A stretch of DNA of 52,900 nt from a virus (lineage: Duplodnaviria > Caudoviricetes). The translations under genes and the position numbers were made by a program. Positions 9,350 to 18,334 of this stretch are shown piece by piece. Position 1 is the first letter of the stretch; each line of letters opens with the position of its first letter. Location of the stretch: the IMG/VR virus record IMGVR_UViG_3300025118_000020, positions 1 through 52,900 of that record. One strand, written 5' to 3'. The notes under the pieces were generated by a model. That model did not search any database. It had not been told where the DNA came from and saw nothing but the letters and a program-made list of their open reading frames with translations.

Positions 9350-10207
9350 TTACTCTCGGTAAAAACCCTTCTTAATAAATTCGTTTATGTCGCCAACAAT
9401 GACGTGCTCGCGAGGAATCTTCACCTCAACAGCATTTTGTCTCCTTACAATCTTTGGCTGGTCTTGGTTTTTGTCATCGCCAATGATATATCCCAATACT
9501 CTTATTTGTACATTTGTCTGGAACTTTCTTTCATCTGCTGCCAAAGTTGAGAGATTATTACTACTTGCAAAGCTGGCCTCGATGAAAGCTTCATACTTAT
9601 GACCATCTTTATAAATGTTCACCAAGTTTATCCCCCCTGGGCGAGTTATAAATGGAGTTATCATTTCATTAATCTGTTGTTGATATTCGGCATACAGAAC
9701 GATATTGTAATTAACTTCAATATAGATGGGCAATGGAATAGTAATTGTTTCATACACAACTTTCCCCGGCTTTCTGGTTCTGTAGTTTTCATTCTTATAA
9801 ATTCTTTTCGAATCGGCATTCGAAAAGTTTGCTGTTTTTTCTTGATTTATTTCTCTCGCTATAGTGATTGAGCCGCCTTTACTATCCGACACTGGCGGGA
9901 TATTTGCATAGACCATCGCCTTGCGTGTTAGATCCTTTGTCATGGCAGTTCTTTCAATCGTAATTATGGGCTTAATCAACACACCATTCTCATCACGAAG
10001 GTTTTTATTATCCTTAATCTGAAAAGATCTTTCGGCAGAAGTCCAAATAACAGGAGCTTGTTTCCACCCCTCGTTGGTCGTGCAGAATATATTTAATTCT
10101 TTTATATATTCTGTAAGGGCCGTATCAATGGTCTCAACCGTGGAGGGTAAAAAGGTTTCTTCTCTAAGGGGTGCTAACCCCGGATTTTCATTTTTCTTAA
10201 GTGGCAT
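9350..10207 (-). CDS. Putative tail completion / sheath stabiliser (gp15-like)
   Basis: 285 aa between neck genes and sheath; PIITIERT and IPLPIYIEVNYNI motifs fit tail-terminator proteins; assignment mainly by synteny. Confidence 0.6.
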   Translation of the reverse strand: MPLKKNENPGLAPLREETFLPSTVETIDTALTEYIKELNIFCTTNEGWKQAPVIWTSAERSFQIKDNKNLRDENGVLIKPIITIERTAMTKDLTRKAMVYANIPPVSDSKGGSITIAREINQEKTANFSNADSKRIYKNENYRTRKPGKVVYETITIPLPIYIEVNYNIVLYAEYQQQINEMITPFITRPGGINLVNIYKDGHKYEAFIEASFASSNNLSTLAADERKFQTNVQIRVLGYIIGDDKNQDQPKIVRRQNAVEVKIPREHVIVGDINEFIKKGFYRE

Positions 10208-10685
10208 CGAACAGTCCCTTCCTCGCCTTCACACATTTAGCTGAAATCTCAATGCGATGATCGATTTGCCCAAATAGTTGTTTGGGCTCACTGAGTATCA
10301 CAATCTCATAATAAAGGCTACCATAAAGAACAAAGTCGCCCTCTCTAACAAATAGGTCCTGATCCTCTGTTAATCTACGTTTATGAAAATGAACAGTTAT
10401 TTCTGAATTTTTATCAGCACCATAGCTCGTATCGGTCGTTGTTTCTATCCCTCCCCACTCGACAAGAGCGTAAACTCTGATGGGTGGTAAGAATGTTTTT
10501 TTTATGGCCTCTCCATAAACATCATGATAATCAGTATGTTTTACACTTATCGGATAATAAAGAACCTGTTGACCAATAACTCGTTCGATTAACTCATCAT
10601 TAACCTGTTTAACAAGATTTCTTTCTTTCTCCCCCAGAAACATTGGAGGTGGGGGCTGAGGGGGCTGTGACCATTCGTTAGACAT
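10197..10685 (-). CDS. Putative neck / head-closure protein (gp14-like)
   Basis: 162 aa; GQQVLYY, DVYGEA and VREGDFV..YEI motifs; follows the gp13-like gene. Confidence 0.65.
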   Translation of the reverse strand: MSNEWSQPPQPPPPMFLGEKERNLVKQVNDELIERVIGQQVLYYPISVKHTDYHDVYGEAIKKTFLPPIRVYALVEWGGIETTTDTSYGADKNSEITVHFHKRRLTEDQDLFVREGDFVLYGSLYYEIVILSEPKQLFGQIDHRIEISAKCVKARKGLFDAT

Positions 10686-10691
10686 CTCTCA

Positions 10692-11969
10692 TTACCCCAC
10701 AAAAATAGTTAATGGCACATTCTGTTGCGTCTTGTTTGCCGCTTCAAGCTTCGCGGCATCAATCTCTGCCAATCTAGCATAAGTTAGTTCATCAAGAACG
10801 GCTTTTAGTTCCTCTCTCAGCTTTTCCTGCTCATTTTGCGCTTGTGCCAAGAGATCGGCATGATTAAGAGTTACTGATTCGCCTGGAATGGGGACAGTCG
10901 TAAACTTCCCTCGAATTTGACCAAGCATCTCCTTACACAGGGCCAAGCAAAACCTTCGAATCCACTGTTTTCCTATGGAATTGATGTTGGCATAGGGAAT
11001 ATTCGCAAACGGAACAGTGTTCATGTTGTTCACACCCAAGGTTCCGTTATCTTTATCCGCATCTTGATCCCAGGGGTCTTCTGAGACCATAAATTCAAAC
11101 CAGATCTTTGTGGGACCAGCGTTTGTGACTTCTGGAAAAACTCTGAGTTTATTATTTCTCAGCTCATAAGAATATTGAGAAATCCTGGTGTATATCGAGT
11201 CGTCAAACGCCATTGCCTGCAGTTTATTTTGCCATGTGGGGACCAATTCGAATGTCGAATCGTCGCTCCACTGGCCATAATTATGGAGGTTTCCAACAAC
11301 ACTTAGGCCACCATAATATCCGAAAAATCTCCACATAACATACGGTGATTTATAATAAACTTTTTTAATAGAAACCTTTTTATTTCCCACGAGTCCGTAA
11401 TAAGAGCTTGACGTGTTGGTTGCTGCCGATGCACTAATAATCGACTGTAAATCATAATCCTGCACGCCACTTGTTGTGTCAAAGCTTGCAGAATAAACAG
11501 TTCGGTTTCCACCGATACCGGCTTCGGCTGCTGCTCCATCAGACACTCTTTTAGAATAAGCAAAAGTAAAGCGTGGAAGCTTGGTCGCAACCCCAACCGG
11601 ACCTGTTATTATTTCGCCGTCGTGGTCAAAGGTCCCAGTGGTTGCTCCAATAACATCAGAAAGAACATTTTTTGATTGATGAATATTAACAATGTACGAA
11701 TATTCTAAAACTGCCTCTTCATAAGCAGCATAAACTTGATATTCAGTTATTTCAATATCTAAAACATCGCCGCCTAGCTTTTTATAAACATACGCAACTT
11801 GATCGACGGCGCCAGATACAAAGTCAGTTGAAGCCTGTGAGCCTGCAGGCCCCGTATAAACCCCAAAAGGCAGCGGACTGGTTACAGAATTTACGCTAGC
11901 ATAGGTTCCGGTTACCGGTAGTACGATTGCGCTTGTCTGGCTTACGGGTGTTAGTGTGGGAACGGCCAT
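10692..11969 (-). CDS. Neck / head-tail adaptor protein (gp13-like)
   Basis: KLGGDVLDIEIT and WIRRFCLALCKEMLGQIRGKF..IPG..VTLN motifs; first gene after the capsid gene; AAAGGAGG RBS. Confidence 0.8.
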   Translation of the reverse strand: MAVPTLTPVSQTSAIVLPVTGTYASVNSVTSPLPFGVYTGPAGSQASTDFVSGAVDQVAYVYKKLGGDVLDIEITEYQVYAAYEEAVLEYSYIVNIHQSKNVLSDVIGATTGTFDHDGEIITGPVGVATKLPRFTFAYSKRVSDGAAAEAGIGGNRTVYSASFDTTSGVQDYDLQSIISASAATNTSSSYYGLVGNKKVSIKKVYYKSPYVMWRFFGYYGGLSVVGNLHNYGQWSDDSTFELVPTWQNKLQAMAFDDSIYTRISQYSYELRNNKLRVFPEVTNAGPTKIWFEFMVSEDPWDQDADKDNGTLGVNNMNTVPFANIPYANINSIGKQWIRRFCLALCKEMLGQIRGKFTTVPIPGESVTLNHADLLAQAQNEQEKLREELKAVLDELTYARLAEIDAAKLEAANKTQQNVPLTIFVG

Positions 11970-11994
11970 TCATGAGACCTCCTTTAATACATCC

Positions 11995-12002
11995 TAAATA
12001 GT
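11995..12002 (-). promoter_or_regulatory. ACTATTTA motif, putative late promoter
   Basis: Between the capsid terminator and the neck gene RBS, about 26 nt from the ATG. Confidence 0.65.
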
Positions 12003-12009
12003 TAAGCAC

Positions 12010-12041
12010 AAACAAAAACCCCCACACCAAAGGTGTGGGGG
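12010..12041 (-). terminator. Rho-independent terminator after the major capsid gene
   Basis: Perfect 10-bp stem CCCCCACACC-TTT-GGTGTGGGGG followed by TTTTTGTTT on the minus strand. Confidence 0.9.
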
Positions 12042-12065
12042 CTCTTTTTAAACTACCAGACTATT

Positions 12066-13775
12066 CTAGCCAAGGAAGTCCTTGATAATAACCAAACCAT
12101 AAGCATCCGGTCGAACCATCTGCTTGGCATACCTGGTCATCACGCCCTTACGGGGCACGAAGTCCTCGACACCAAAGATAGTCGGGGTTACTTGGAGAGG
12201 TACATACGGAGCATAAACATAGCCACTCTCAAGGAATGAACTACCCTTACGACCCACAAGAATAACATTACGTAGGAAGTATGGATCAACATACACATCC
12301 CACTTCTTGCTAATGGCGCCAATCTTCATGGCACCAGCCTGACCCACTTCCGCGTCTGCAGTTACAGAAGCTCGGAAGCCAGCGGTGAATTCAAGAATGT
12401 TAGCAGCCTCTGGGCTACAAACAATGAAATTCGCTCCGCCGCGCAGTGTCTTCACATGGATACGGGCCGACACATCATTAATTGTTTCAATGAGAGTCTC
12501 GTACCACTCAGAGACAGTACCGGTAAAGTCTGCACCGAGAAGATTCTCGTTGGCAAGAATACTAATATCATTGCCTGTGCCTCGATCTACGAAACGACCA
12601 GGGCGTCGAGACCAGAACAGAGTAGCATCACCAAGAGGATCTGCTCCCTCTACAAGGTCATTGAGGATCTCGCGGTCGATTTCAAGAGCAATCTGCTCTG
12701 AAAGGATACTTGTAAGCTCAACCTCAGCATCCATATTATGATATGCATTGAGATCTTGCGCAAGTTCCGGAGTCCACTTAGCCTTGAGCTTCTTGGTAAC
12801 CGCGGTGACAGCCACACTATCGACCTTGATGTCGATTTCTGGCATAACGTCAGTGCTGGTGTTATTGAATGAACCCGGAGTAACATCATTCGAGCCTTCA
12901 AGCCCCCAGGGATCCGCACCAACAACAGAACCAAGACCAGATTGCTGGAAGTTGTCTGCTCGGTTATACGATGCAGTAAAGTTTGCACCAGCAACTGTTC
13001 CAATGGCACCTTGATCATGCGTGAGGGTTACAGTTACGGTGGTGCCATCCGTCGAAGTTAGACGACGAACAACAGAATCACCCGCAGCCAAGGTTGTCAC
13101 TGTTAAGCTTACAAGCTCGTCCGCATTAAAGTTAGGAAGAAGTGCTTGCGCAAAAGTAAACTGTGCAACCGTATCTGAGTCATCACCCGCAAGAAGATCC
13201 GGGTCAAAACGGATAAGTCGTCGTTGAGCATCAGTAAGTGCATCAATACGAGTGGAGGCGAGTGAAGCAGTAAGCCCCGTCACCGCACTGCCGGTTGGAG
13301 ACGCATAACCGGACTGGAGGTTGTAGAACCCACCGCCATTCTCAGTTACATCTGTCACACCACCAGCGATCTGACTACCGATTGCCCCTCCACCGTAAAG
13401 TGATTGAGCATCGTTACCGGTAATTCCAGCACGCGTATGAGTATAAGTAAAGTCCAGGAAGAAGATAAGTCCACTTGGTAGACTCATCGGCTGCACTGAG
13501 ACCAGTTGGTTGGCAATTAGCCCACCAAAGACACGACGAACGATGGGGAACGCAACAGCTGCGAAACCCTCAACATCGCCACCAGCCATCGAGGAAGCTT
13601 CGCGGAGAAGCTCCTTGGCTTGGTTTTCGAGAAGAACGGCCATGCCGCTCTTCGCTTGATCGCTATCGAGACCCTCAAGAAGGCCTGTCTTCTCCCACTT
13701 GGAGAGGAGAGCATCACCCTCGTTTTGAAGATTACGATTAACGATGCCTTCTGTTAATTTTTGTAACACTGACAT
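12066..13775 (-). CDS. Major capsid protein (T4 gp23-like)
   Basis: VSVQPMSLPSGLIF, KLKAKWTPELAQDL, LSEQIALEIDREI, YAPYVPL and GVMTRYA motifs; AGGAGG RBS; followed by a strong terminator. Confidence 0.97.
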   Translation of the reverse strand: MSVLQKLTEGIVNRNLQNEGDALLSKWEKTGLLEGLDSDQAKSGMAVLLENQAKELLREASSMAGGDVEGFAAVAFPIVRRVFGGLIANQLVSVQPMSLPSGLIFFLDFTYTHTRAGITGNDAQSLYGGGAIGSQIAGGVTDVTENGGGFYNLQSGYASPTGSAVTGLTASLASTRIDALTDAQRRLIRFDPDLLAGDDSDTVAQFTFAQALLPNFNADELVSLTVTTLAAGDSVVRRLTSTDGTTVTVTLTHDQGAIGTVAGANFTASYNRADNFQQSGLGSVVGADPWGLEGSNDVTPGSFNNTSTDVMPEIDIKVDSVAVTAVTKKLKAKWTPELAQDLNAYHNMDAEVELTSILSEQIALEIDREILNDLVEGADPLGDATLFWSRRPGRFVDRGTGNDISILANENLLGADFTGTVSEWYETLIETINDVSARIHVKTLRGGANFIVCSPEAANILEFTAGFRASVTADAEVGQAGAMKIGAISKKWDVYVDPYFLRNVILVGRKGSSFLESGYVYAPYVPLQVTPTIFGVEDFVPRKGVMTRYAKQMVRPDAYGLVIIKDFLG

Positions 13776-13790
13776 TTTTTTTAAATCCTC

Positions 13791-14771
13791 CTATGATTTT
13801 TTGATTCCAGCTAAACGCTGCATCCGTGTTAAGACGTGATCAGACTGTTGTCTTTCTTCACGTCGACCAGAAAAGACCATAGTTGATTTTTTGGAGACAA
13901 CTTCGTTCAGCGATTCTGGCTTCTCTCTCTGGGAGATCGCGCCTTCCACTGCACTTTGAAGGGCTTCATAGATCATCTGTGCCTTCTCAATCGTTTGTGC
14001 TTTAGAAATCGTTTCGACAATTTTAGATTTTTGTCGCTCATTCAAGGAGGGGTTCTCTAAGACACGGTTAGTATATAAAAGCCTCGCGTTGGAGACCGAT
14101 ACTTCATCAAGTTTATCCTTAAGTTGAAGGATAATTTTTCTAAATTTTTGATTTTGTTTATTTAGTTTATGTAAATTTTCTTTAAGATTCTTTTTTTCTT
14201 TATTGGCTTCCGCAATATCCCTTTGAACCTGCTGCACGAGCTGCTCTTGCTCAAGGTTAGGACCGGGAATTCCACTAGAATAGCCCGAAGATAAAGCATT
14301 ATATTCAAAGGTTAATTCTTCGGCTAGTTCTTTTAGCTCGCCCTCATCAAGATCGACATCTTCGTCTTCTTCTTCGTCGTCGTCTTTATCTTTTGTTTTT
14401 TCCTCTCGAAGCTCGACTTCATCATCAATTTCTCCCGCAAGCTCATCGCGGTCAGATAGTTCGCCCACCTCGGGCTCTTCTTCGCCAGCCTGTTTCATAA
14501 GATTGACAAGATCTACTGTGATGACTTCATCATCTTCGGGGCACCCGCACAGTTCTTCACCACCAGCTGCCGCCAGAGGGATACTATCAAGTACGGCCTC
14601 CTCCTCTTCGGGCTCTTCTAATCCCAAGAGATCATCCTGTTCTAAGAGGGTGTTAACCGCTTCCTTGATATCTTGTGAATACTTTTCCAAGATTTCTTGT
14701 TCGGCGTTTTTTATTGCCGCCTCTTTAAGGGCCGTGGCGTCGACAATAGCTTGATCAAGCATGGAACTCAT
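13791..14771 (-). CDS. Prohead core / scaffold protein (gp22-like)
   Basis: Highly acidic coiled-coil 326-aa protein directly upstream of the capsid gene; many L-x-E sites; ends RMQRLAGIKKS. Confidence 0.8.
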   Translation of the reverse strand: MSSMLDQAIVDATALKEAAIKNAEQEILEKYSQDIKEAVNTLLEQDDLLGLEEPEEEEAVLDSIPLAAAGGEELCGCPEDDEVITVDLVNLMKQAGEEEPEVGELSDRDELAGEIDDEVELREEKTKDKDDDEEEDEDVDLDEGELKELAEELTFEYNALSSGYSSGIPGPNLEQEQLVQQVQRDIAEANKEKKNLKENLHKLNKQNQKFRKIILQLKDKLDEVSVSNARLLYTNRVLENPSLNERQKSKIVETISKAQTIEKAQMIYEALQSAVEGAISQREKPESLNEVVSKKSTMVFSGRREERQQSDHVLTRMQRLAGIKKS

Positions 14772-14807
14772 TTAAAATACTCCTGTTGCATACAATATTT
14801 ATCAAGA

Positions 14808-14815
14808 TAAATAGT
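14808..14815 (-). promoter_or_regulatory. ACTATTTA motif, putative late promoter for scaffold-capsid
   Basis: Intergenic, about 37 nt upstream of the scaffold ATG. Confidence 0.6.
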
Positions 14816-14842
14816 AATAGTTGCTCACAACGGAAAAATATT

Positions 14843-15265
14843 TTATCCAACGCCCAAGGAACCAGACCAGTTGTCAAACCCAAGGGATGCAGTAGAGATT
14901 GCCGTCAGGCCCGCAATGATAGAAGCGGACGATTGATTGCCGGTATCACACAACAAAAACACACTTTGAATTCTCCACTCGCCAGTATACGATTCGCCGT
15001 TCGCTAAGGTAAAGAAGTTTTGACTTCCCGGCACCGAACCCGATGTACCCTGCGACGAAAACCCTACCCTGAACGTACGGTCATCTGAGCCAGTTGGAAC
15101 AATATTTCTAACCGTTACAAATTTTGATATTCTCGGAAAAGAAATTTCTTGTGGTGCCGAGCCCAGAGCCGGAACTGTTAAAGATGCAGTCGCATACGGG
15201 ATTGCACTCATTTGGTACTGACCAACACTAGCCATCCCTGCTTTGTAAACTAAATAATTTGGCAT
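14843..15265 (-). CDS. Hypothetical protein, probably a small virion component (140 aa)
   Basis: AAAGGAG RBS; beta-rich, Ser/Gly-rich sequence within the head gene cluster. Confidence 0.7.
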   Translation of the reverse strand: MPNYLVYKAGMASVGQYQMSAIPYATASLTVPALGSAPQEISFPRISKFVTVRNIVPTGSDDRTFRVGFSSQGTSGSVPGSQNFFTLANGESYTGEWRIQSVFLLCDTGNQSSASIIAGLTAISTASLGFDNWSGSLGVG

Positions 15266-15268
15266 TGT

Positions 15269-15535
15269 CTATCTCCTTTTCCTTCTCCTTTTGGGTTTTG
15301 GTTTATATAAATTACTTTCTTCTTCTTTTCTCGCCTGATTTTCTCGCTCGATGACCCTCTTTCTCATTCTGTTTCTTCTGTTTCTGACCACCGAGGGCTT
15401 TTCATAATATTTTCCTTTAATCAAGTTTTCAAGAACACCAGATTTTTTTACTTTTTTGCTGAAACGACGAATCGCCCTATCGATTGAATCTCCCCTTCTG
15501 ACATAAATTTCAACATTAATTGGTTTTCCTGCCAT
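15269..15535 (-). CDS. rpsU: Phage-encoded 30S ribosomal protein bS21
   Basis: VRRGDSIDRAIRRFSKKVKKSGVL..KYYEKPSVVRNRR matches the bS21 pattern; ATG at 15535 follows AGGAAG (ORF track start 15562 overlaps the previous gene). Confidence 0.9.
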   Translation of the reverse strand: MAGKPINVEIYVRRGDSIDRAIRRFSKKVKKSGVLENLIKGKYYEKPSVVRNRRNRMRKRVIERENQARKEEESNLYKPKPKRRRKRR

Positions 15536-15543
15536 CGTACTTC

Positions 15544-15954
15544 CTAAATTAGATTCTTCCACTTTGAAGAAAACAGTGAACTAATATCAACGCCTGGATC
15601 TTCTGGCGCATACATCTCCAAGGGAGAAGTGGCCCCGGGAGCACCTTGAGAGCCCCCCTTTCTTAGGGGTTCTGTTCCCTCAAAAAGATTAACGCCATTA
15701 TAGTTTTCATTTCCAATGGCATTTAACATTTTCTTTTTTGTTTCTCTGATTTTTTCTTTATAGTTGTCCTTTCTTTCTTGCTGCTCAACAATTAAATTTT
15801 CGTCTACGGGTCGCGTGCGTTGAATTTCAACAGTACCCGTTCCTTTGAGCACTTCTGAAATTAAATTCGAAAGAATCCCTTCTTCAAAGACGACTTCTTT
15901 AATACACTCTTTGATGAGGGGCTTTAACATCTTTTTTAATTCACTTGTTTTCAT
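15544..15954 (-). CDS. Hypothetical head-cluster protein (136 aa)
   Basis: ATGA-coupled to the protease gene; N-terminus MKTSELKKMLKPLIKECIKE. Confidence 0.75.
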   Translation of the reverse strand: MKTSELKKMLKPLIKECIKEVVFEEGILSNLISEVLKGTGTVEIQRTRPVDENLIVEQQERKDNYKEKIRETKKKMLNAIGNENYNGVNLFEGTEPLRKGGSQGAPGATSPLEMYAPEDPGVDISSLFSSKWKNLI

Positions 15955-16553
15955 TTTTTAATAATATCATCCAAAAGATTATTAATTTTGTCTTGCTTCG
16001 AGAAAACTTCCTTGTGTTCCTTCAACATGAAAGCGTCGGGAGTGGAAGGCTCTGACACCATATCAAAACAAATAAGCTGTAAATCGGGCTCAACGATGGT
16101 ACGCCCCTGTTGGTTTTTCACAGACCCGAGCGCCCTCGAAGAAATACCCATCTTAACGCCAGCCCCAACAAGAGACTTAAGAATATCACCAGCCGGTGTT
16201 GGCAAGATCTCAATTTTACCCATCACGTTGTTCCCATCCCACCAGATTTCAGTTACGAGGTGGGAAACATTTTGGAGATTAACAACAGAACTATCCGGGT
16301 GATCTAATTCGCCCATTGCCCTGCGATCATTCACGGTACCTTGATACTTCTCGATCTCTCGTCTGAGGATGTCTACTGGATATTCCCTACCATTTCCGTT
16401 CTGGCGGTCTGCTTCTTGAAGCTTCCCGGTAAGAATAACTATATTGCCATCGCGAACTCTTTTCTTCTCGTCCTCGGTTAAAAAGTCTTGACACTCCCCT
16501 CCCTCGCAAAGTTCAAAGTATTCTCGAATAAGATATTTATTTGTATCTGCCAT
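15951..16553 (-). CDS. Prohead core protease (T4 gp21-like)
   Basis: NGNGREYP, GELDHP (catalytic His), GISSRALGS (catalytic Ser) and FDMVSEPS motifs. Confidence 0.93.
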   Translation of the reverse strand: MADTNKYLIREYFELCEGGECQDFLTEDEKKRVRDGNIVILTGKLQEADRQNGNGREYPVDILRREIEKYQGTVNDRRAMGELDHPDSSVVNLQNVSHLVTEIWWDGNNVMGKIEILPTPAGDILKSLVGAGVKMGISSRALGSVKNQQGRTIVEPDLQLICFDMVSEPSTPDAFMLKEHKEVFSKQDKINNLLDDIIKK

Positions 16554-16566
16554 CTCTTAACTCCAA

Positions 16567-16583
16567 GCCACGCTCACCGTGGC
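16567..16583 (-). promoter_or_regulatory. Hairpin containing the micro-ORF stop codon, adjacent to the protease RBS
   Basis: GCCACG-GTGAG-CGTGGC perfect 6-bp stem; no U-tract; GGAG follows 2 nt later. Confidence 0.55.
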
Positions 16584-16639
16584 ACGGACATACATCCGTT
16601 TCGGCATCGTCTAACAGGCTGTAGCTGCCATCTAATCAT
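16574..16639 (-). CDS. Unannotated 21-aa micro-ORF MIRWQLQPVRRCRNGCMSVPR
   Basis: Read directly from the sequence; ATG overlaps the end of the upstream gene and the ORF fills the gap before the protease gene. Confidence 0.55.
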   Translation of the reverse strand: MIRWQLQPVRRCRNGCMSVPR

Positions 16640-16940
16640 TACTTTTTCTTACCTCCAACCTAAAACCAAAATCGCTCAAAAACTGTGTCAACAGATATGT
16701 GGTCCCTGATGACAGGCAGCTTAAAATAAAGAAATTGGCCAAACTATAATCAAAGTTAAATAGTTCTGTGTAATCATTTATTCCAAACAAAAGCGAGCCA
16801 ACCCAAAAGCCAATGCACATTGGACAATGAAAAAAACCTTTCCACTTTTTTTTGGATGGTCGGAAGCGATCAAAGAGTTTGCTATAAACAAGAATTTGGG
16901 TTAAGCCAAACGCAGTTAAGACAAAGTAAATTAAATCCAT
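16632..16940 (-). CDS. Small membrane protein with CxxC motif (DUF1360-like)
   Basis: 102 aa, three hydrophobic segments, FFHCPMCIGFWVG resembles the DUF1360 CPxC..W motif. Confidence 0.7.
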   Translation of the reverse strand: MDLIYFVLTAFGLTQILVYSKLFDRFRPSKKKWKGFFHCPMCIGFWVGSLLFGINDYTELFNFDYSLANFFILSCLSSGTTYLLTQFLSDFGFRLEVRKSND

Positions 16941-16947
16941 TACTCAC

Positions 16948-17514
16948 CTATTCGTATCTATAAATTGAGGAAATGCCATAGGGGCTATAAATATATCCAG
17001 GACGCACAGATCCCTTTTGTGTTGACTGGGGAACTTCGCCAAGCTCGGTAGTCTCGTCTTCATCCGGCTCAAGAAGGCCCTCTTCCCACTCTTCTTCAAC
17101 CTGATCGTCGAAATCTACAAATCTCTTTTCTTCTTCAATAAACTTACTGATTGTAAGAATGAGCAGTTGTAATACATCGACTTCTCCACTGCCAGGATAT
17201 GCTGCTTCCATCGAACCATATACATTGCCCCCCTGCACAGAATCCTGCCTAACAAGACCTTTTTCAAAAAGTGCCTTAAAAAACCTATCTTGAATATCAT
17301 AGATCTTATCAGTTATTCTAGTTTTGGGAAAGACAACAATTTTGCTATTTTTTGATGAAATCGAAATGTCTACATCCGGGTGATCAAAAATAAGAATGTC
17401 GCCATCAACTGTTTTTCTTATATTGAGCCGAACCGGGATAGGGTCGTGGGTCGTCGCTGCCTGTTGCTGCTCGACCTCCTCCTCGGTGTCACCTATTTTG
17501 ATAGTCAACGCCAT
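16948..17514 (-). CDS. Hypothetical head-cluster protein (188 aa)
   Basis: Tightly packed ORF with acidic C-terminal part between portal and protease genes. Confidence 0.75.
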   Translation of the reverse strand: MALTIKIGDTEEEVEQQQAATTHDPIPVRLNIRKTVDGDILIFDHPDVDISISSKNSKIVVFPKTRITDKIYDIQDRFFKALFEKGLVRQDSVQGGNVYGSMEAAYPGSGEVDVLQLLILTISKFIEEEKRFVDFDDQVEEEWEEGLLEPDEDETTELGEVPQSTQKGSVRPGYIYSPYGISSIYRYE

Positions 17515-17518
17515 TGCT

Positions 17519-18334
17519 TTAAATCTCGTTTACCAAGCTTTGAATTTTCAGGACTTTTTCAACCATTTCTTGGTTAACTTCTTGATTTTTAAAGTCTTCA
17601 ATAACAATAAGCACCTCTTTAACCTTTTTGGAAGTTTCTTCTTGTAACAGGACTTCATCTTTCTTTAGAAGACTCTCCACCAAGACTCTTAGGCGCCGAA
17701 TCTCCTCATTGAGAAAAACTTTAAGCTCAAGGCCATTATCAGAAAAAGAACCAATATATTTATTTAAAAGGTTCTTCTGTTCTTCCAAGAGATCACCACT
17801 ATATTGCTTATTAAACTTTTTAACAAAGGTTTGATAAACAATGTTATCAACTGTTGGCATATTATTCTTTATACTGTTTCGCCTGCCCGCAAGACCACGA
17901 ATGATTTTCGTCTCTAACAACACCTTTGTTTTAACTGGGACCTGATCATTAAAGATTTGCTGAAGCGAAGCTAAACTTTTATAGTTTGGGACGAAAATAG
18001 AATATGCGTCCTTTGAAAGAACCTGATTAATTGACTTAATCAAGTTACTCTGTTCAACAAACAGCTGACCCTTGTCTACTTTCAAAAAGGCTCTTTTTGC
18101 TTCGAACAGAATTCTTTCAGCTGTGGGGTAATCATACTTTTCTTCACCAATAACAGCATTATAGATTTCTAATTCTTCTCGTAGGGCCGAGCCCCCACAA
18201 AAGTGTTCCTTAATAACATCAATGATTTTTTTCTTCTTCTCGGCGTCTTTGTTAAGAACACTCTTTGTAAGATGTCTTACTAAAACTTCATACAAAAAAG
18301 CAGTGTTCCGCTTTTTATTGTGTCTGAGCTTCAT
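17519..18334 (-). CDS. Hypothetical helical protein, possible prohead core component (271 aa)
   Basis: Overlaps the portal 3' end; MKLRHNKKRNTAFLYEVL N-terminus; many L-x-E sites. Confidence 0.75.
   Translation of the reverse strand: MKLRHNKKRNTAFLYEVLVRHLTKSVLNKDAEKKKKIIDVIKEHFCGGSALREELEIYNAVIGEEKYDYPTAERILFEAKRAFLKVDKGQLFVEQSNLIKSINQVLSKDAYSIFVPNYKSLASLQQIFNDQVPVKTKVLLETKIIRGLAGRRNSIKNNMPTVDNIVYQTFVKKFNKQYSGDLLEEQKNLLNKYIGSFSDNGLELKVFLNEEIRRLRVLVESLLKKDEVLLQEETSKKVKEVLIVIEDFKNQEVNQEMVEKVLKIQSLVNEI

Noticed and set aside
16567-16583. Selenocysteine insertion at the micro-ORF TGA
   Set aside because: A bacterial SECIS lies just downstream of the UGA, whereas this UGA is inside the loop; there is no other support.
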